From the IMG/VR virus record IMGVR_UViG_3300025292_000005, positions 1-45,423 of that record: a DNA stretch of 45,423 bases. The stretch is one strand, 5' to 3'. Of this stretch, positions 9,056-17,955 are shown in pieces. Every line of letters starts with the position of its first letter. The first letter of the stretch is position 1. The notes under the pieces are model-generated. The model saw only the letters and a program-made list of their open reading frames with translations. It ran no database searches and was not told the DNA's origin. Made by a program: the position numbers and the translations under genes. Source of the DNA: a virus.

Positions 9056-9981
9056 TATGCGGCCTCCGTCGCGATGCGATAGTCAACCATCTTGAACCCG
9101 TTCGGCTGCTCGAATACCGCTTCCGGTGCCATCTGCTCGACTTCATCCGCCATGAGGCCGATCTCTGTGACGTTGGATCCGCGCATCTTGTAGGCATAGA
9201 CGGGCAAGCCGTTATCCAGACGGCCGACGCGGCGAATGTCCGTCTTGAGGCGGCGATCGGAATACTTGATGCCTGCGGTGAGCCCCGTTCCGAGGAGGCC
9301 GAACAGTCCGCCCATCTGTGCTTGAGAGTTCGCAAGCTTTGCCTGATACTGCTGGTTCACAAGCCCAGTATAATCGACGCCACCAACCCCCGTCTGCGGC
9401 GTCTGGTTCATCTGAGGCATGGAGACTTGAGACCCCGACATGAGAGCGGAGATCTCGTTGATCGGCTGGTTTCGCTGCTGCAAAGCTTCGGTGAAGGCTT
9501 GCTGGCGGCCATTGAGCATTAACTGGTTGTAGGCATCGTTCTTTGTCTGCCCAAAGCTATCCATTTGCTGCCGGTAAGCTTCAGTGCCGGGGCGGATGCC
9601 GGACGAAATTAGCTGGGTGCGCAGTTTTTCCTGATCAGCGGCAAATCTAGGATCAAGGCGCTGAGCGCCAAGGTCATATGCCCAGTTCTCTGCATCCTGG
9701 TTGTTGTATTCGAACGGGGTGTTGAGCAGATCCCTAATTTTCCCCGACTGCTCGTTCGCGATCGAGCCTAGGTTAAGGCTCGCCTTGTCTGTCTGTTCCT
9801 TGATCGCCTGCTGTTGCGGAGAAAGCGTCGTGGTCTGGGTATAGGTCGGCGTCTCTACCCATTTGCCAGTACTGTCCTGGAAACGGCTCGTTCCTGTCTG
9901 GTCGTATTTTATGGTGCCATCGGGGCCGACTTGATTTACAGCGTTTAGCTGCATCTGCGTGATGGCCGTATCTCTGTTCAT
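9055..9981 (-). CDS. Virion protein with C-terminal peptidase S74 intramolecular-chaperone domain
   Basis: The C-terminus YSDRRLKTDIRRVGRLDNGLPVYAYKMRG...IGLMADEVEQMAPEAVF....GFKMVDY matches the S74 autoproteolytic chaperone pattern. The N-terminus is Gln-rich. Confidence 0.65.
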   Translation of the reverse strand: MNRDTAITQMQLNAVNQVGPDGTIKYDQTGTSRFQDSTGKWVETPTYTQTTTLSPQQQAIKEQTDKASLNLGSIANEQSGKIRDLLNTPFEYNNQDAENWAYDLGAQRLDPRFAADQEKLRTQLISSGIRPGTEAYRQQMDSFGQTKNDAYNQLMLNGRQQAFTEALQQRNQPINEISALMSGSQVSMPQMNQTPQTGVGGVDYTGLVNQQYQAKLANSQAQMGGLFGLLGTGLTAGIKYSDRRLKTDIRRVGRLDNGLPVYAYKMRGSNVTEIGLMADEVEQMAPEAVFEQPNGFKMVDYRIATEAA

Positions 9982-10101
9982 GCCGGCTTGGGCTTGCGCA
10001 GTAGCTACGGGGTCAGGAGCTTTGGGGCTAGAAACCAGTTTACTATCCTCCCATTCTCTGATACGCTAAGCAAATCAATGCAACAGCGTGGGGAAGTTGA
10101 A

Positions 10102-10743
10102 ATGGAAATAAGCCGTGCCGACGAAGGACGTTTCTGGCTTAAGGTTGATCGTAAATCACCAGACGAATGCTGGCTTTGGTTGGACAAATCAAAACATTGG
10201 AAAGGCTACGGTCTATTTACAATCGCAACCGGAAAACCGGGTGGACGGAAGCTTGTTGCATCCAGAGTCGCCTGCTTTCTCCAACATGGGGCACCCACAT
10301 TCGAAAAAGCGAAGGCTCTGCATTCCTGTGATAATCCGCCCTGCTGCAACCCTGCTCACTTGAGATGGGGGACGCAGCGGGATAACGTTGCCGACGCAAA
10401 AGAGAGAAAGCGACACGTCAACCCACCGGACACTCACTCTCACCCCGAGTGGAATTCAAAGCGTCTCGCCGCGATGCCCAAAGGAGAAAAGCTCCACAAT
10501 CAATCTCTTACGGAACACCAGGCGCGCGAAATATTCCGGCTTCACATGAGCCACCACAACGTTACTCAGATTTCTGAACAACTCGGGATCAAAAAACATG
10601 TTGTGGCCGACGTTTGCCGGGGTCGATCATGGCAGCATCTTCCAGATGCACCCTCGACTGATGAACTGAAGAAGGGCGGCGTTCGTCGCGGCTTCAATCA
10701 GTTTTCCCAAAGCGGTAATCCTCTTTCAGAATGCCGACGATAA
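10102..10743 (+). CDS. HNH homing endonuclease (second copy type, antisense to the structural genes)
   Basis: HSCDNPPCCNPAHLRWGTQRDNVADA is an HNH_3-type motif, with a C-terminal HTH (NVTQISEQLGIKKHVVADV). Start chosen at the ATG after GGGGAAG. The ORF track starts at 9988 and another ATG lies at 10078. Confidence 0.8.
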   Translation: MEISRADEGRFWLKVDRKSPDECWLWLDKSKHWKGYGLFTIATGKPGGRKLVASRVACFLQHGAPTFEKAKALHSCDNPPCCNPAHLRWGTQRDNVADAKERKRHVNPPDTHSHPEWNSKRLAAMPKGEKLHNQSLTEHQAREIFRLHMSHHNVTQISEQLGIKKHVVADVCRGRSWQHLPDAPSTDELKKGGVRRGFNQFSQSGNPLSECRR

Positions 10744-11083
10744 AGGCGTCTCTCGACGGACCAAAATGGTTGCGCAGCAGGCCCTCGACCCGCCCGCCAA
10801 GACGCTCCGCCAAGCCAACGACGTGCGCCTGTTCGGTCAGAGCCGTCATTCGTTCGCATCGCAGCTGTTCAAACACGTAATGCCCGACCTCCCGACAGAA
10901 TGACCGTGTCCATCCATGTCCAGCGATCGACACATGGACATCAGCCCCTTCGAACACATTGAAGAGTGCTCCGGCGATGATCTCGCCGTTTTTCTCAATC
11001 CCCATGACTGTGAACGGCGGGACGAATGCCTTTCCAACAGCGCTTGAGACAAACTGCGCGACCCTATCGTCAGAGACGATCAC
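10694..11083 (-). CDS. Small GNAT-like acetyltransferase-fold protein (129 aa)
   Basis: The pattern GIEKNGEIIAGALFNVFEGADVHVSIAG...R....YVFEQLRCERMTA......N.....LAERLGGRVEGLLRNHFG resembles phage GNAT-family proteins. ATGA-type overlap with the nozzle gene. Confidence 0.45.
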   Translation of the reverse strand: MIVSDDRVAQFVSSAVGKAFVPPFTVMGIEKNGEIIAGALFNVFEGADVHVSIAGHGWTRSFCREVGHYVFEQLRCERMTALTEQAHVVGLAERLGGRVEGLLRNHFGPSRDAFIVGILKEDYRFGKTD

Positions 11084-12987
11084 GTTATGACATCCGCAGT
11101 TTCGTAGGTGAGTTCCAGGCGAATAATCTCAGTGTCGAGAGGGATCAGCGATCCACTGGTGATCTGAACGGCAGGCGCCATCACATAGGCGTAGCCGGAA
11201 ACAGAGGTCCAGCTCTGTTGAACTCGCAGGCTCGATGCCTGCCCCCAGACTGCGGCACCCCAAAGGCCAACACCCCATTGCGAACCGCCTTGAACCGGGC
11301 TTGCCGAAGGCGGCGAAGGAAGGTTGACGATGTAATCTTCCGACACAGAAAGCTGCGGCGCGATGTCCTGGGGACCACGGGTGACTGCGCGGGCAATTTT
11401 GGCAATCTTACGAGAACCGGAACTGCCGAAATCGATAAACAACGGCACATACACCGCAGTATATGTCTGGCCCTGATCGAGGCCGGTGATATTTGCCTCG
11501 ACCACCTTCCCGTCAGTGGAGCCGAAGAACAGACGCCCGTTGAAGACCTCAAGGCATGTACCGTTCCAGTTGGTGAACTTTGCCCAGGCTCCGGTTCTGG
11601 CGTTCGCTACATACATTTCCGGCGGCTGCTCATTGACGGTCGGCAGGGCGACGACCACCATTTGGCTTTCCGGCCAAACAATAGCGCTCCAAGGCGTCGA
11701 GCGGCGGAAGGAGACGGCGTCATTCCATGCGGTTTCGATCGGGAAGGAGACGGCAGAAGGCGAGAGGGCCGCTTGATCCCGCTGAATTGCCTGAGAAAGA
11801 GGCACAAAGCCGATATCCGTTGCGATCACCAGATCACCGCCAGCTCTGATCCAAGCATTCGGGCCAAGGGGACGGCCAATCCGATATGTGCCGACCTTAT
11901 TCCAGTTCTCAGCCGACGACGGGTCATTGCCTTGATAGACGGCGACTTCGCCCTGATCGGAGATAAACACGCATTGTTCCGAAAGACCGCCAGACCCGGA
12001 ACTGTCCAAAGACCACGAGGCTCCGAAGAGCAGCTTCCCGCCAAGGGTAAACACCCCACCCAGCGGAAACATTGTTGCCTCTCCGCTGATCTGGTCTACC
12101 GGCAGATACCACGCGTTCATGCTGTCCTTTTCGACAAAGAACAGGCGGTTTTTGTAGACCCAGACGTAATCAAGGTCTTCGGTTTCGACGCCCTCAAAGC
12201 CCGTATAATACGGAACAGCCACGCCATTCACGGTGGCTTCGCCAGCGGTCGAGGTGATGGTCTCGTTATCCTGGAAAGTGCCTACGGCATCCGCCAGATA
12301 AAGCGTCCCGGCCGAGCCATCCGAATCCACATGGGCCACAAACCCTGTCGCACCCGAAGTGCCGCCTGTGACGGTCTCGCCAACCTCGAATGGAGTTACT
12401 TCCGCGTCGAATGCGAGCGTATAGATGCCGTATTGATCAATCGGGAACCAAAGCGATCCGTCATAGATCTGCATCGGGTCCTCGCCGTTGACGATGACGA
12501 GAAAGGTTCCGCCGGTCGTGGCGAACTGCGTATCGACCCAATCGCCACCATTTTGGTCCTCGATCACTTCAAGTCCACTTGTGGACAACTGACCGATATT
12601 GTCTCCCTCGTCAGTGACGATATGGTCGCCTTCATCGGTCGAAAGCGTATAGTTGAATGCCGAGGTGATGACGGTAATGTCGTATACGGTCGTTTCGTTG
12701 GCCGCGAAGAACTTGCGATTGTTGCCGTTGTTGTAGGAAAACAGCGCCGTAACATCGAGATCACCAGCCCCCAAGGTGGCATAGACGGCCGACCCTCTGC
12801 GGATAATGCCCCCAGTTGCCGTGGGGAAGATGTTTTCAAGGACGGTCGCACCTTGAGGCCCAGGCTGGGGCGCGGCGAGGTTCTGGTTTGACAACCAACC
12901 CGCTACGGCGGCCGGGAACGGCATCATAGGGGAAGAGTTAGGCGGCGACGGCCTACGGCGCGCTGGCTGAGCAGGGGCTCTGAACAT
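11080..12987 (-). CDS. Tail nozzle / tail tubular protein B-like
   Basis: About 635 aa, immediately after the adaptor-like gene. The ATG at 12987 overlaps the upstream TGA by 1 nt. The ORF track starts at 13008. Confidence 0.6.
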   Translation of the reverse strand: MFRAPAQPARRRPSPPNSSPMMPFPAAVAGWLSNQNLAAPQPGPQGATVLENIFPTATGGIIRRGSAVYATLGAGDLDVTALFSYNNGNNRKFFAANETTVYDITVITSAFNYTLSTDEGDHIVTDEGDNIGQLSTSGLEVIEDQNGGDWVDTQFATTGGTFLVIVNGEDPMQIYDGSLWFPIDQYGIYTLAFDAEVTPFEVGETVTGGTSGATGFVAHVDSDGSAGTLYLADAVGTFQDNETITSTAGEATVNGVAVPYYTGFEGVETEDLDYVWVYKNRLFFVEKDSMNAWYLPVDQISGEATMFPLGGVFTLGGKLLFGASWSLDSSGSGGLSEQCVFISDQGEVAVYQGNDPSSAENWNKVGTYRIGRPLGPNAWIRAGGDLVIATDIGFVPLSQAIQRDQAALSPSAVSFPIETAWNDAVSFRRSTPWSAIVWPESQMVVVALPTVNEQPPEMYVANARTGAWAKFTNWNGTCLEVFNGRLFFGSTDGKVVEANITGLDQGQTYTAVYVPLFIDFGSSGSRKIAKIARAVTRGPQDIAPQLSVSEDYIVNLPSPPSASPVQGGSQWGVGLWGAAVWGQASSLRVQQSWTSVSGYAYVMAPAVQITSGSLIPLDTEIIRLELTYETADVIT

Positions 12988-13685
12988 CAGCCAAGCTCCC
13001 AGGGCCAAGCGATCGGTATGTTTCCGAAACGAGGAGTCCCCTTGCGGATGACACGGGACCCCTTGTCTCGCGCTGCAGCTTCGCTGAATGCCTTATCGAA
13101 GTTGGCTTGGTCTGCGCCGTATTCGAGGTTCTTCATCTCCCTCCAACGCCAGATAACCCCAAGCGTCAGAAGGCGTTCATCGAGAACGAACGTATCGGTA
13201 TCCGTCGTGAAGGCGAGTTTCGGGGTGCCGGTATTGTCCCGAGCAATGAGATTGGAGACATATGGGAACATCGCGCGGGCGCCACTGGCCGGCGGAGGCG
13301 CAAACTGGAATTGGTCTCCGAATAGCATCCACCAACCAGGAGGTGTAGCCCCCAGATAGAAACCGTTCTGGATCGCAATCCACGTATTCATATCTGGGAC
13401 GTTGGTGTAGTTCCAAAACCAACTTGCACCGTCAGCCATGGCCTGCCCAAGCAGCATACGGTCGTAATCATCCGGCTTATCGAAGGCGGTCGTCGTACCG
13501 TCCCCGGTAAAAGTGTGGATTTTGGTGAGGCCCTGCCAGTCCGCGCTCCCGCATATATCGACGGCCACATCGTTCAGGAGATTGGTCATCTCCGTCTCAA
13601 AGGTGGCCGTCGAAGAAAAGAACGTCGTCGGCTTGCGGCTGATCAGCCTGACCGATGCGTTCTGCAGTGCCGTGAGGGCGCTCAT
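12987..13685 (-). CDS. Head-tail adaptor / tail tubular protein A-like
   Basis: 232 aa, positioned between the capsid block and the nozzle as in T7-like gene order. No independent motif. Confidence 0.45.
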   Translation of the reverse strand: MSALTALQNASVRLISRKPTTFFSSTATFETEMTNLLNDVAVDICGSADWQGLTKIHTFTGDGTTTAFDKPDDYDRMLLGQAMADGASWFWNYTNVPDMNTWIAIQNGFYLGATPPGWWMLFGDQFQFAPPPASGARAMFPYVSNLIARDNTGTPKLAFTTDTDTFVLDERLLTLGVIWRWREMKNLEYGADQANFDKAFSEAAARDKGSRVIRKGTPRFGNIPIAWPWELG

Positions 13686-13688
13686 GTA

Positions 13689-14402
13689 TCAGGCTGCCAG
13701 GTCGCGGGCCATGGACAGCAGCGTCTCACGGCTCGGATTGCCTCGCGGGCGCCCCTGCTGGGTCTTGTTCGCAATCCAGTCCTTGAGCTTGTCCTCGTCC
13801 ATTGAAGAGAACTCGTCATCGGCAACCTGAATAGCCTCCTCGACCTGTTCGGGCGTGGTTTCCTGTGCGGGGATAGCCTTCTTCAGCCGTTCGATCTCTG
13901 CCCGCAGCACGTCGATCTCCGAGGCGGTCACCTCCCCCTTGGCACGGTCAGCCATGAAGGCGCCGGCCATTCGCTTCAGGTCGTTGGCGCTCATGCCGAG
14001 GTTCTTGAGGTTTTGGCCTTCCAGATGATGGAGGCTTTCAATCGAATAGATCTTGAGCGCGCGGCAAAGCGAAAGCTGGGCTTGGGAAATGCCGTGAGAC
14101 TTCAGCATTTCGAGCGGAGTGCCAGCCGCCTTCTGCTCGCCACCTTCCAGGAAAGCGCGGTATTGCTCTGCCCATCGCTCCGCATAGGTGATAACCTTGT
14201 GGCCGTCGCGCTTCCAGAATGCGTTGACGGGGAAGACGGGGGAATAGAGCTTGGAGCCGGCGAAACGAACCTCAACGGCTTCGATTGTCTTCATAACCGC
14301 CTGTCCTTCGCGCTCGGAAGCCGGAACGTCTTCGACGGTCAGATGCTTGAACACGGGCGTGATTGTGATTTCACGAGTATCGATCGGAACACTGAGTGCC
14401 AT
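13689..14402 (-). CDS. Putative virion-associated protein (237 aa)
   Basis: Sits in the structural operon with AAGGA before the ATG. No motif recognised. Confidence 0.5.
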   Translation of the reverse strand: MALSVPIDTREITITPVFKHLTVEDVPASEREGQAVMKTIEAVEVRFAGSKLYSPVFPVNAFWKRDGHKVITYAERWAEQYRAFLEGGEQKAAGTPLEMLKSHGISQAQLSLCRALKIYSIESLHHLEGQNLKNLGMSANDLKRMAGAFMADRAKGEVTASEIDVLRAEIERLKKAIPAQETTPEQVEEAIQVADDEFSSMDEDKLKDWIANKTQQGRPRGNPSRETLLSMARDLAA

Positions 14403-14427
14403 GTGTCTTGTCCTTGTCTGAGGAGGA

Positions 14428-14456
14428 AAGGAAAAGGGCGGCCCTAAGACCGCCCC
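14428..14456 (-). terminator. Intrinsic terminator after the capsid/decoration genes
   Basis: Minus strand reads GGGGCGG-UCUUAGGG-CCGCCCU followed by UUUCCUUUCC. Confidence 0.55.
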
Positions 14457-14463
14457 TCATTGG

Positions 14464-14817
14464 TTAGGCCGGAACGGCGTTGTAGGCACCGCGGCGGACG
14501 TGGAAGTAATCCCCGCTGGTGATCGCCGTATTGACCGGGGTGTAGAACCCGCCGGCACCTGTCGCGACGGTGTAGGACGGGAAGGTGATCGTCACCTGCG
14601 TCCCGGTCGTGGCCGTTGCTGCGATGTTGGCGGATGCCTTGACCCAGATGTATTCGCCGCCGTCGTCGCCCATCTCGACATTGCCGAGCTTGTAGGACGG
14701 TTCGACATCGGTGGCCGCAGTGTTGATGCCCATGTCCCAATAGGGAAGCCCGGTGAAGACATCGTCGAGCTGAGGGCCGAGCTGCGGGGTCGTGCGGAAG
14801 GGAACAGAGTTCGCCAT
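14464..14817 (-). CDS. Putative capsid decoration/cement protein (117 aa)
   Basis: Small gene directly downstream of the major capsid gene, with AAAGGAG RBS. The position parallels small staple proteins of epsilon15-type podoviruses. Confidence 0.45.
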   Translation of the reverse strand: MANSVPFRTTPQLGPQLDDVFTGLPYWDMGINTAATDVEPSYKLGNVEMGDDGGEYIWVKASANIAATATTGTQVTITFPSYTVATGAGGFYTPVNTAITSGDYFHVRRGAYNAVPA

Positions 14818-14835
14818 TGCTTTTCTCCTTTCCTG

Positions 14836-15849
14836 TTACGCCGTCGTTTCGAGACGGACAGTGAAGAGCGGATTTTCAAGGACCATCTGGCCGGACCAGA
14901 CGATGCCCTGGGCAACCGCATCCTGGTTGATGGGACGGAGACCGTCGCCAGGATGGAACGGCACGAACGACTGGCCCGGGAACTCGTAGATCGAGAGGGC
15001 AGAGGTATCGATGCCGAATGCGGTATCTGCTGGCATGACATTGCCAACGCCACCGGCTGCGACGAGATCGACGAGGCCGGCAGGAGTGTGATAGGCCATG
15101 CTCTGGTAGCCAAGACGCGCAGAACGCTCGGTTGCGAGGCGCTGATGCGCAACGAACGAGGCGGACACGGCCTGGTAAGAGTTGGCGTCGAAGATCCACA
15201 GATCCGGGTACTGGCCGTTGCGCGACCGGTTGAGTGCGATGCGCTCAAGGATCGGGCGGGCAGTAGTAGCGTCCCAGGTCGTGCCGATGTCGGTAAAGTC
15301 CGTGGTGGCATTGAACGAGGATGTGCGCCAGTTGGCGACTTCCGCGCGGTCGATGCCGCCATAGGTGCCGGTGTTGGCAACGATCGGGATGGCGCCGCCA
15401 AAGCCGATCATCTGCCGGCCGCCCGAGCCCGTGCCGTCACCGACGATCGAGGTCTCGAACTCCTCCCGGACGCTCTTTTCCGCAGCACGGACGTAGAACG
15501 CCATGAGATCGATTACCTCTTCTTCCCCACGGGTGTAGAGAAGTTCGGTGCCCGTCAGCGAGAACATGGCGACGACACGAGACCAGTTGAAGACTGCCGA
15601 GTTCAGCAGTTCCTTCGGAGTGATCTCGATCTTATCGTAGCCCGTGAACCACTGCGCCTGCAGCTTGTCGAACTCGATCGGAATCCGAAGCTCAGGGCCT
15701 CCGGCGCGCTTGACCGAAATCCGGCCCTGGTCGCGAAGGATGCGGGTGAGAGGGGTTGCATTGTAGACGATATCCTGAATTTCCCGCTGCCTTTTGGCAA
15801 CGGCCGCCGTCAGGAGCTGGCGGTAATGGCGGTCATCAACGATGGCCAT
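14836..15849 (-). CDS. Major capsid protein
   Basis: 337 aa, immediately after the scaffold gene, with AAAGGAAG RBS. Size and position fit an HK97-fold capsid protein. Confidence 0.8.
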   Translation of the reverse strand: MAIVDDRHYRQLLTAAVAKRQREIQDIVYNATPLTRILRDQGRISVKRAGGPELRIPIEFDKLQAQWFTGYDKIEITPKELLNSAVFNWSRVVAMFSLTGTELLYTRGEEEVIDLMAFYVRAAEKSVREEFETSIVGDGTGSGGRQMIGFGGAIPIVANTGTYGGIDRAEVANWRTSSFNATTDFTDIGTTWDATTARPILERIALNRSRNGQYPDLWIFDANSYQAVSASFVAHQRLATERSARLGYQSMAYHTPAGLVDLVAAGGVGNVMPADTAFGIDTSALSIYEFPGQSFVPFHPGDGLRPINQDAVAQGIVWSGQMVLENPLFTVRLETTA

Positions 15850-15865
15850 TGTCGCTTCCTTTCAA

Positions 15866-17113
15866 TTACGCGAGCTTGCGCATCTCTTTGCGCAGCATTT
15901 CGCGAAGGTCGGTTTCGGGTTCATCGGTAGCGGTATCGACTCCATCGGAGGGAGCGCCACGGACGGATTTCTTGCCGGCGTCAGGATTTACAGGACGGGC
16001 GGGTTCAGCACTGGAATGCGCCGCTTCTGCCTGCGGAGCGGATTGTGAAGACGGGTTTCCGCCAGCCATCCGATATGCTTCCGCAAGCTTCTGCTCTGGC
16101 GACAAGCCGGTGCCGTAAATCTTCTCGATCACGCCAGACCCGAGGATTTCAGCAATCTTCGGTTCAAGAGCGTGATAGTCAGGGTTCGCTTCCGCAAACC
16201 GAGTGATGAGCGGAACAATGGTCTGCTCCGCCTTCATGTTCTGGATTTCAGCTCGCAGCGCCTCGATCTCATGGTTGGTCTGAGGCTGTTGTTGCTGGGG
16301 CATCACCGGCGCCTGAACGGCCTGCTGGTATGCCTGAGGGTTATTGACGATGTGATGAGCGACCTCGATCAAGGTAATGGGCGATCCATCCGCCTTCCGG
16401 GGGCCAATCTCGCGAAGGACTGCCTCAAGGCCGGCAATCGGATTGCGGGCAATCGCCTGCTCTACCTCCGTGACCTTGGCCAGGCTGTCCTTCAGCTCGC
16501 GGCCGTTACTCTTGGCCAGTTCGTCATATTGACGGATAGGCTCATAGCGCTCCGTTGCGGCGCGGTGCTTCTGGATCTCAGTCTCATATTCCTGCGAGAC
16601 GCGGTGGACTTCCGCCTTGACTTCGTTAGGCACATTGGCCCACTTTGTGCGGGCTTCCGGGAGGAACCGAGCGGGCGGCTCTGCATGCTTGCGCCCCTCA
16701 GACTGGCGATCATCCGATCCGGCCCGCTCGGTTGCGGCCTTTTCGGGCGCGCCCTTGTCTGCCTTCGGCTCTTCTGCCTTGGCAAATTTCCCATCTTCGG
16801 CACGGGCTTTCGCCGGCTTTTCCTCGTCCTTCTTGTCGCCCTTGGCCTCGTCGGCTTTCGCCTTGGCGTCCTTCGCCGCGGTATCAGCCTTTTCCTTTGC
16901 GGATTTCTCGGCTTCGGCATCCGCTTCCTTGAGGCGCTTGCTTTCGCTCTCCAGAACGTCTTCGATCGATTGAGACTTCGGCTCGTCGGTCTTGGGCTCC
17001 GTGAGATTGGGCTGGCCGCCACCGCTGGGAGTGCTGACGGTCTGAGGGTTCAGGACGGTAGACGGCGGATCAAGCGCAACCGTCCCCGGCTGCAATGCCG
17101 TGGTGTTATCCAT
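15866..17113 (-). CDS. Scaffolding protein
   Basis: Lys/Glu/Ala-rich, low-complexity helical protein between portal and capsid. The ATG at 17113 follows AAGGGAA. The ORF track starts at 17173. Confidence 0.7.
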   Translation of the reverse strand: MDNTTALQPGTVALDPPSTVLNPQTVSTPSGGGQPNLTEPKTDEPKSQSIEDVLESESKRLKEADAEAEKSAKEKADTAAKDAKAKADEAKGDKKDEEKPAKARAEDGKFAKAEEPKADKGAPEKAATERAGSDDRQSEGRKHAEPPARFLPEARTKWANVPNEVKAEVHRVSQEYETEIQKHRAATERYEPIRQYDELAKSNGRELKDSLAKVTEVEQAIARNPIAGLEAVLREIGPRKADGSPITLIEVAHHIVNNPQAYQQAVQAPVMPQQQQPQTNHEIEALRAEIQNMKAEQTIVPLITRFAEANPDYHALEPKIAEILGSGVIEKIYGTGLSPEQKLAEAYRMAGGNPSSQSAPQAEAAHSSAEPARPVNPDAGKKSVRGAPSDGVDTATDEPETDLREMLRKEMRKLA

Positions 17114-17142
17114 GGGGATTCCCTTGTCTGAGGAGGGGGTGA

Positions 17143-17487
17143 TTAGTCGAGAGAGACCACATTGGGGCGCCATCCGGCGTCCAGTTCTGCCTTTGCAGCG
17201 CGGATATCGTCGCGGAGCTGCTTTTCGTCTGTCTTATGTTCTACCCAAGGCATCTGCTCGTTACCGAGTTCGATGAAATCAATGCCGTGGGGGTTGCCGC
17301 TGGCCTTGTGTGATGCGGACAAAGCGGCTTTGGAGGTGTACCACTTGCCGTCAGCGCACGACTGAACCGGCTCGTCGAAATCCCGCACCAGCATCGGGCA
17401 CGGGAAAGATGAACGCTCCCTAGGACCTTCAGGCACCCGGCGGTAAACCTTCCGCCCGTTGCCCAGATCGAGCCATGCTTTCATCAC
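17143..17487 (-). CDS. Hypothetical protein (about 114 aa)
   Basis: GTG at 17487 or ATG at 17484, overlapping the upstream stop. Lies in the head-module operon. Confidence 0.55.
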   Translation of the reverse strand: MMKAWLDLGNGRKVYRRVPEGPRERSSFPCPMLVRDFDEPVQSCADGKWYTSKAALSASHKASGNPHGIDFIELGNEQMPWVEHKTDEKQLRDDIRAAKAELDAGWRPNVVSLD

Positions 17488-17759
17488 GGAGCAATAACGC
17501 CGGCCGTGCGAAGGGCTGCGAGGATTGCATTCACTTTCGTGACAGTCGTGGGCAAATCTGCCCCGCCGGCCAGGTCTGCGATTGCCGTCTGCTGAAGAAC
17601 GCCGCCGCGGATAGTAGCGGTCGGGGTGCGATTGCCGGCCATTGCGGTCGTGCTGGTCGTGCCGATCTGGAGAGTGCCAGTATTCAACTGATTGGCGACT
17701 TCCTTGGCGAGCGGAGGCACCATGCCAAGCTCAACCAGTCTGCGGACGTTTGCTGCCAT
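17484..17759 (-). CDS. Hypothetical head-module protein (91 aa)
   Basis: ATG at 17759 after GAGGAA. The ORF-track N-terminal extension overlaps the upstream gene. The C-terminus is VNAILAALRTAGVIAP. Confidence 0.5.
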   Translation of the reverse strand: MAANVRRLVELGMVPPLAKEVANQLNTGTLQIGTTSTTAMAGNRTPTATIRGGVLQQTAIADLAGGADLPTTVTKVNAILAALRTAGVIAP

Positions 17760-17763
17760 GCTC

Positions 17764-17955
17764 TTATTCCTCTTCGGGTTCGGGTTCGGGCAAGCCGTCG
17801 ATGATGAGCGGTATGCCGTTGGCTTCAACGATGACAATGGGAGTCCCGAGGCCATTCGTGGCGACGGTTGCGAGGGGCGCGTTTCCCTGGACCGGAATTA
17901 CCGGGATGCCGAGCCCGTTTGTGGCGATGACGACGGGGAAACCGCTAACTGCCAT
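17764..17955 (-). CDS. Small repeat protein (63 aa) with three ATNGLGxPVxxV-like repeats and an acidic PEPEPEEE tail
   Basis: ATG at 17955 overlaps the end of the portal gene. The repeats are VIATNGLGIPVIPV, VATNGLGTPIVIV and EANGIPLIIDG. Confidence 0.5.
   Translation of the reverse strand: MAVSGFPVVIATNGLGIPVIPVQGNAPLATVATNGLGTPIVIVEANGIPLIIDGLPEPEPEEE

Noticed and set aside
11026-12891. 621-aa plus-strand ORF opposite the nozzle gene. Similar long antisense ORFs lie at 14500-15930, 16172-17131, 17642-19390, 19529-20176, 26147-27235 and 35344-36228.
   Set aside because: They are shadow ORFs typical of GC-rich DNA, with Arg/Gly/Leu/Pro-rich low-complexity translations and no RBS. Each lies fully inside a well-supported gene on the other strand.
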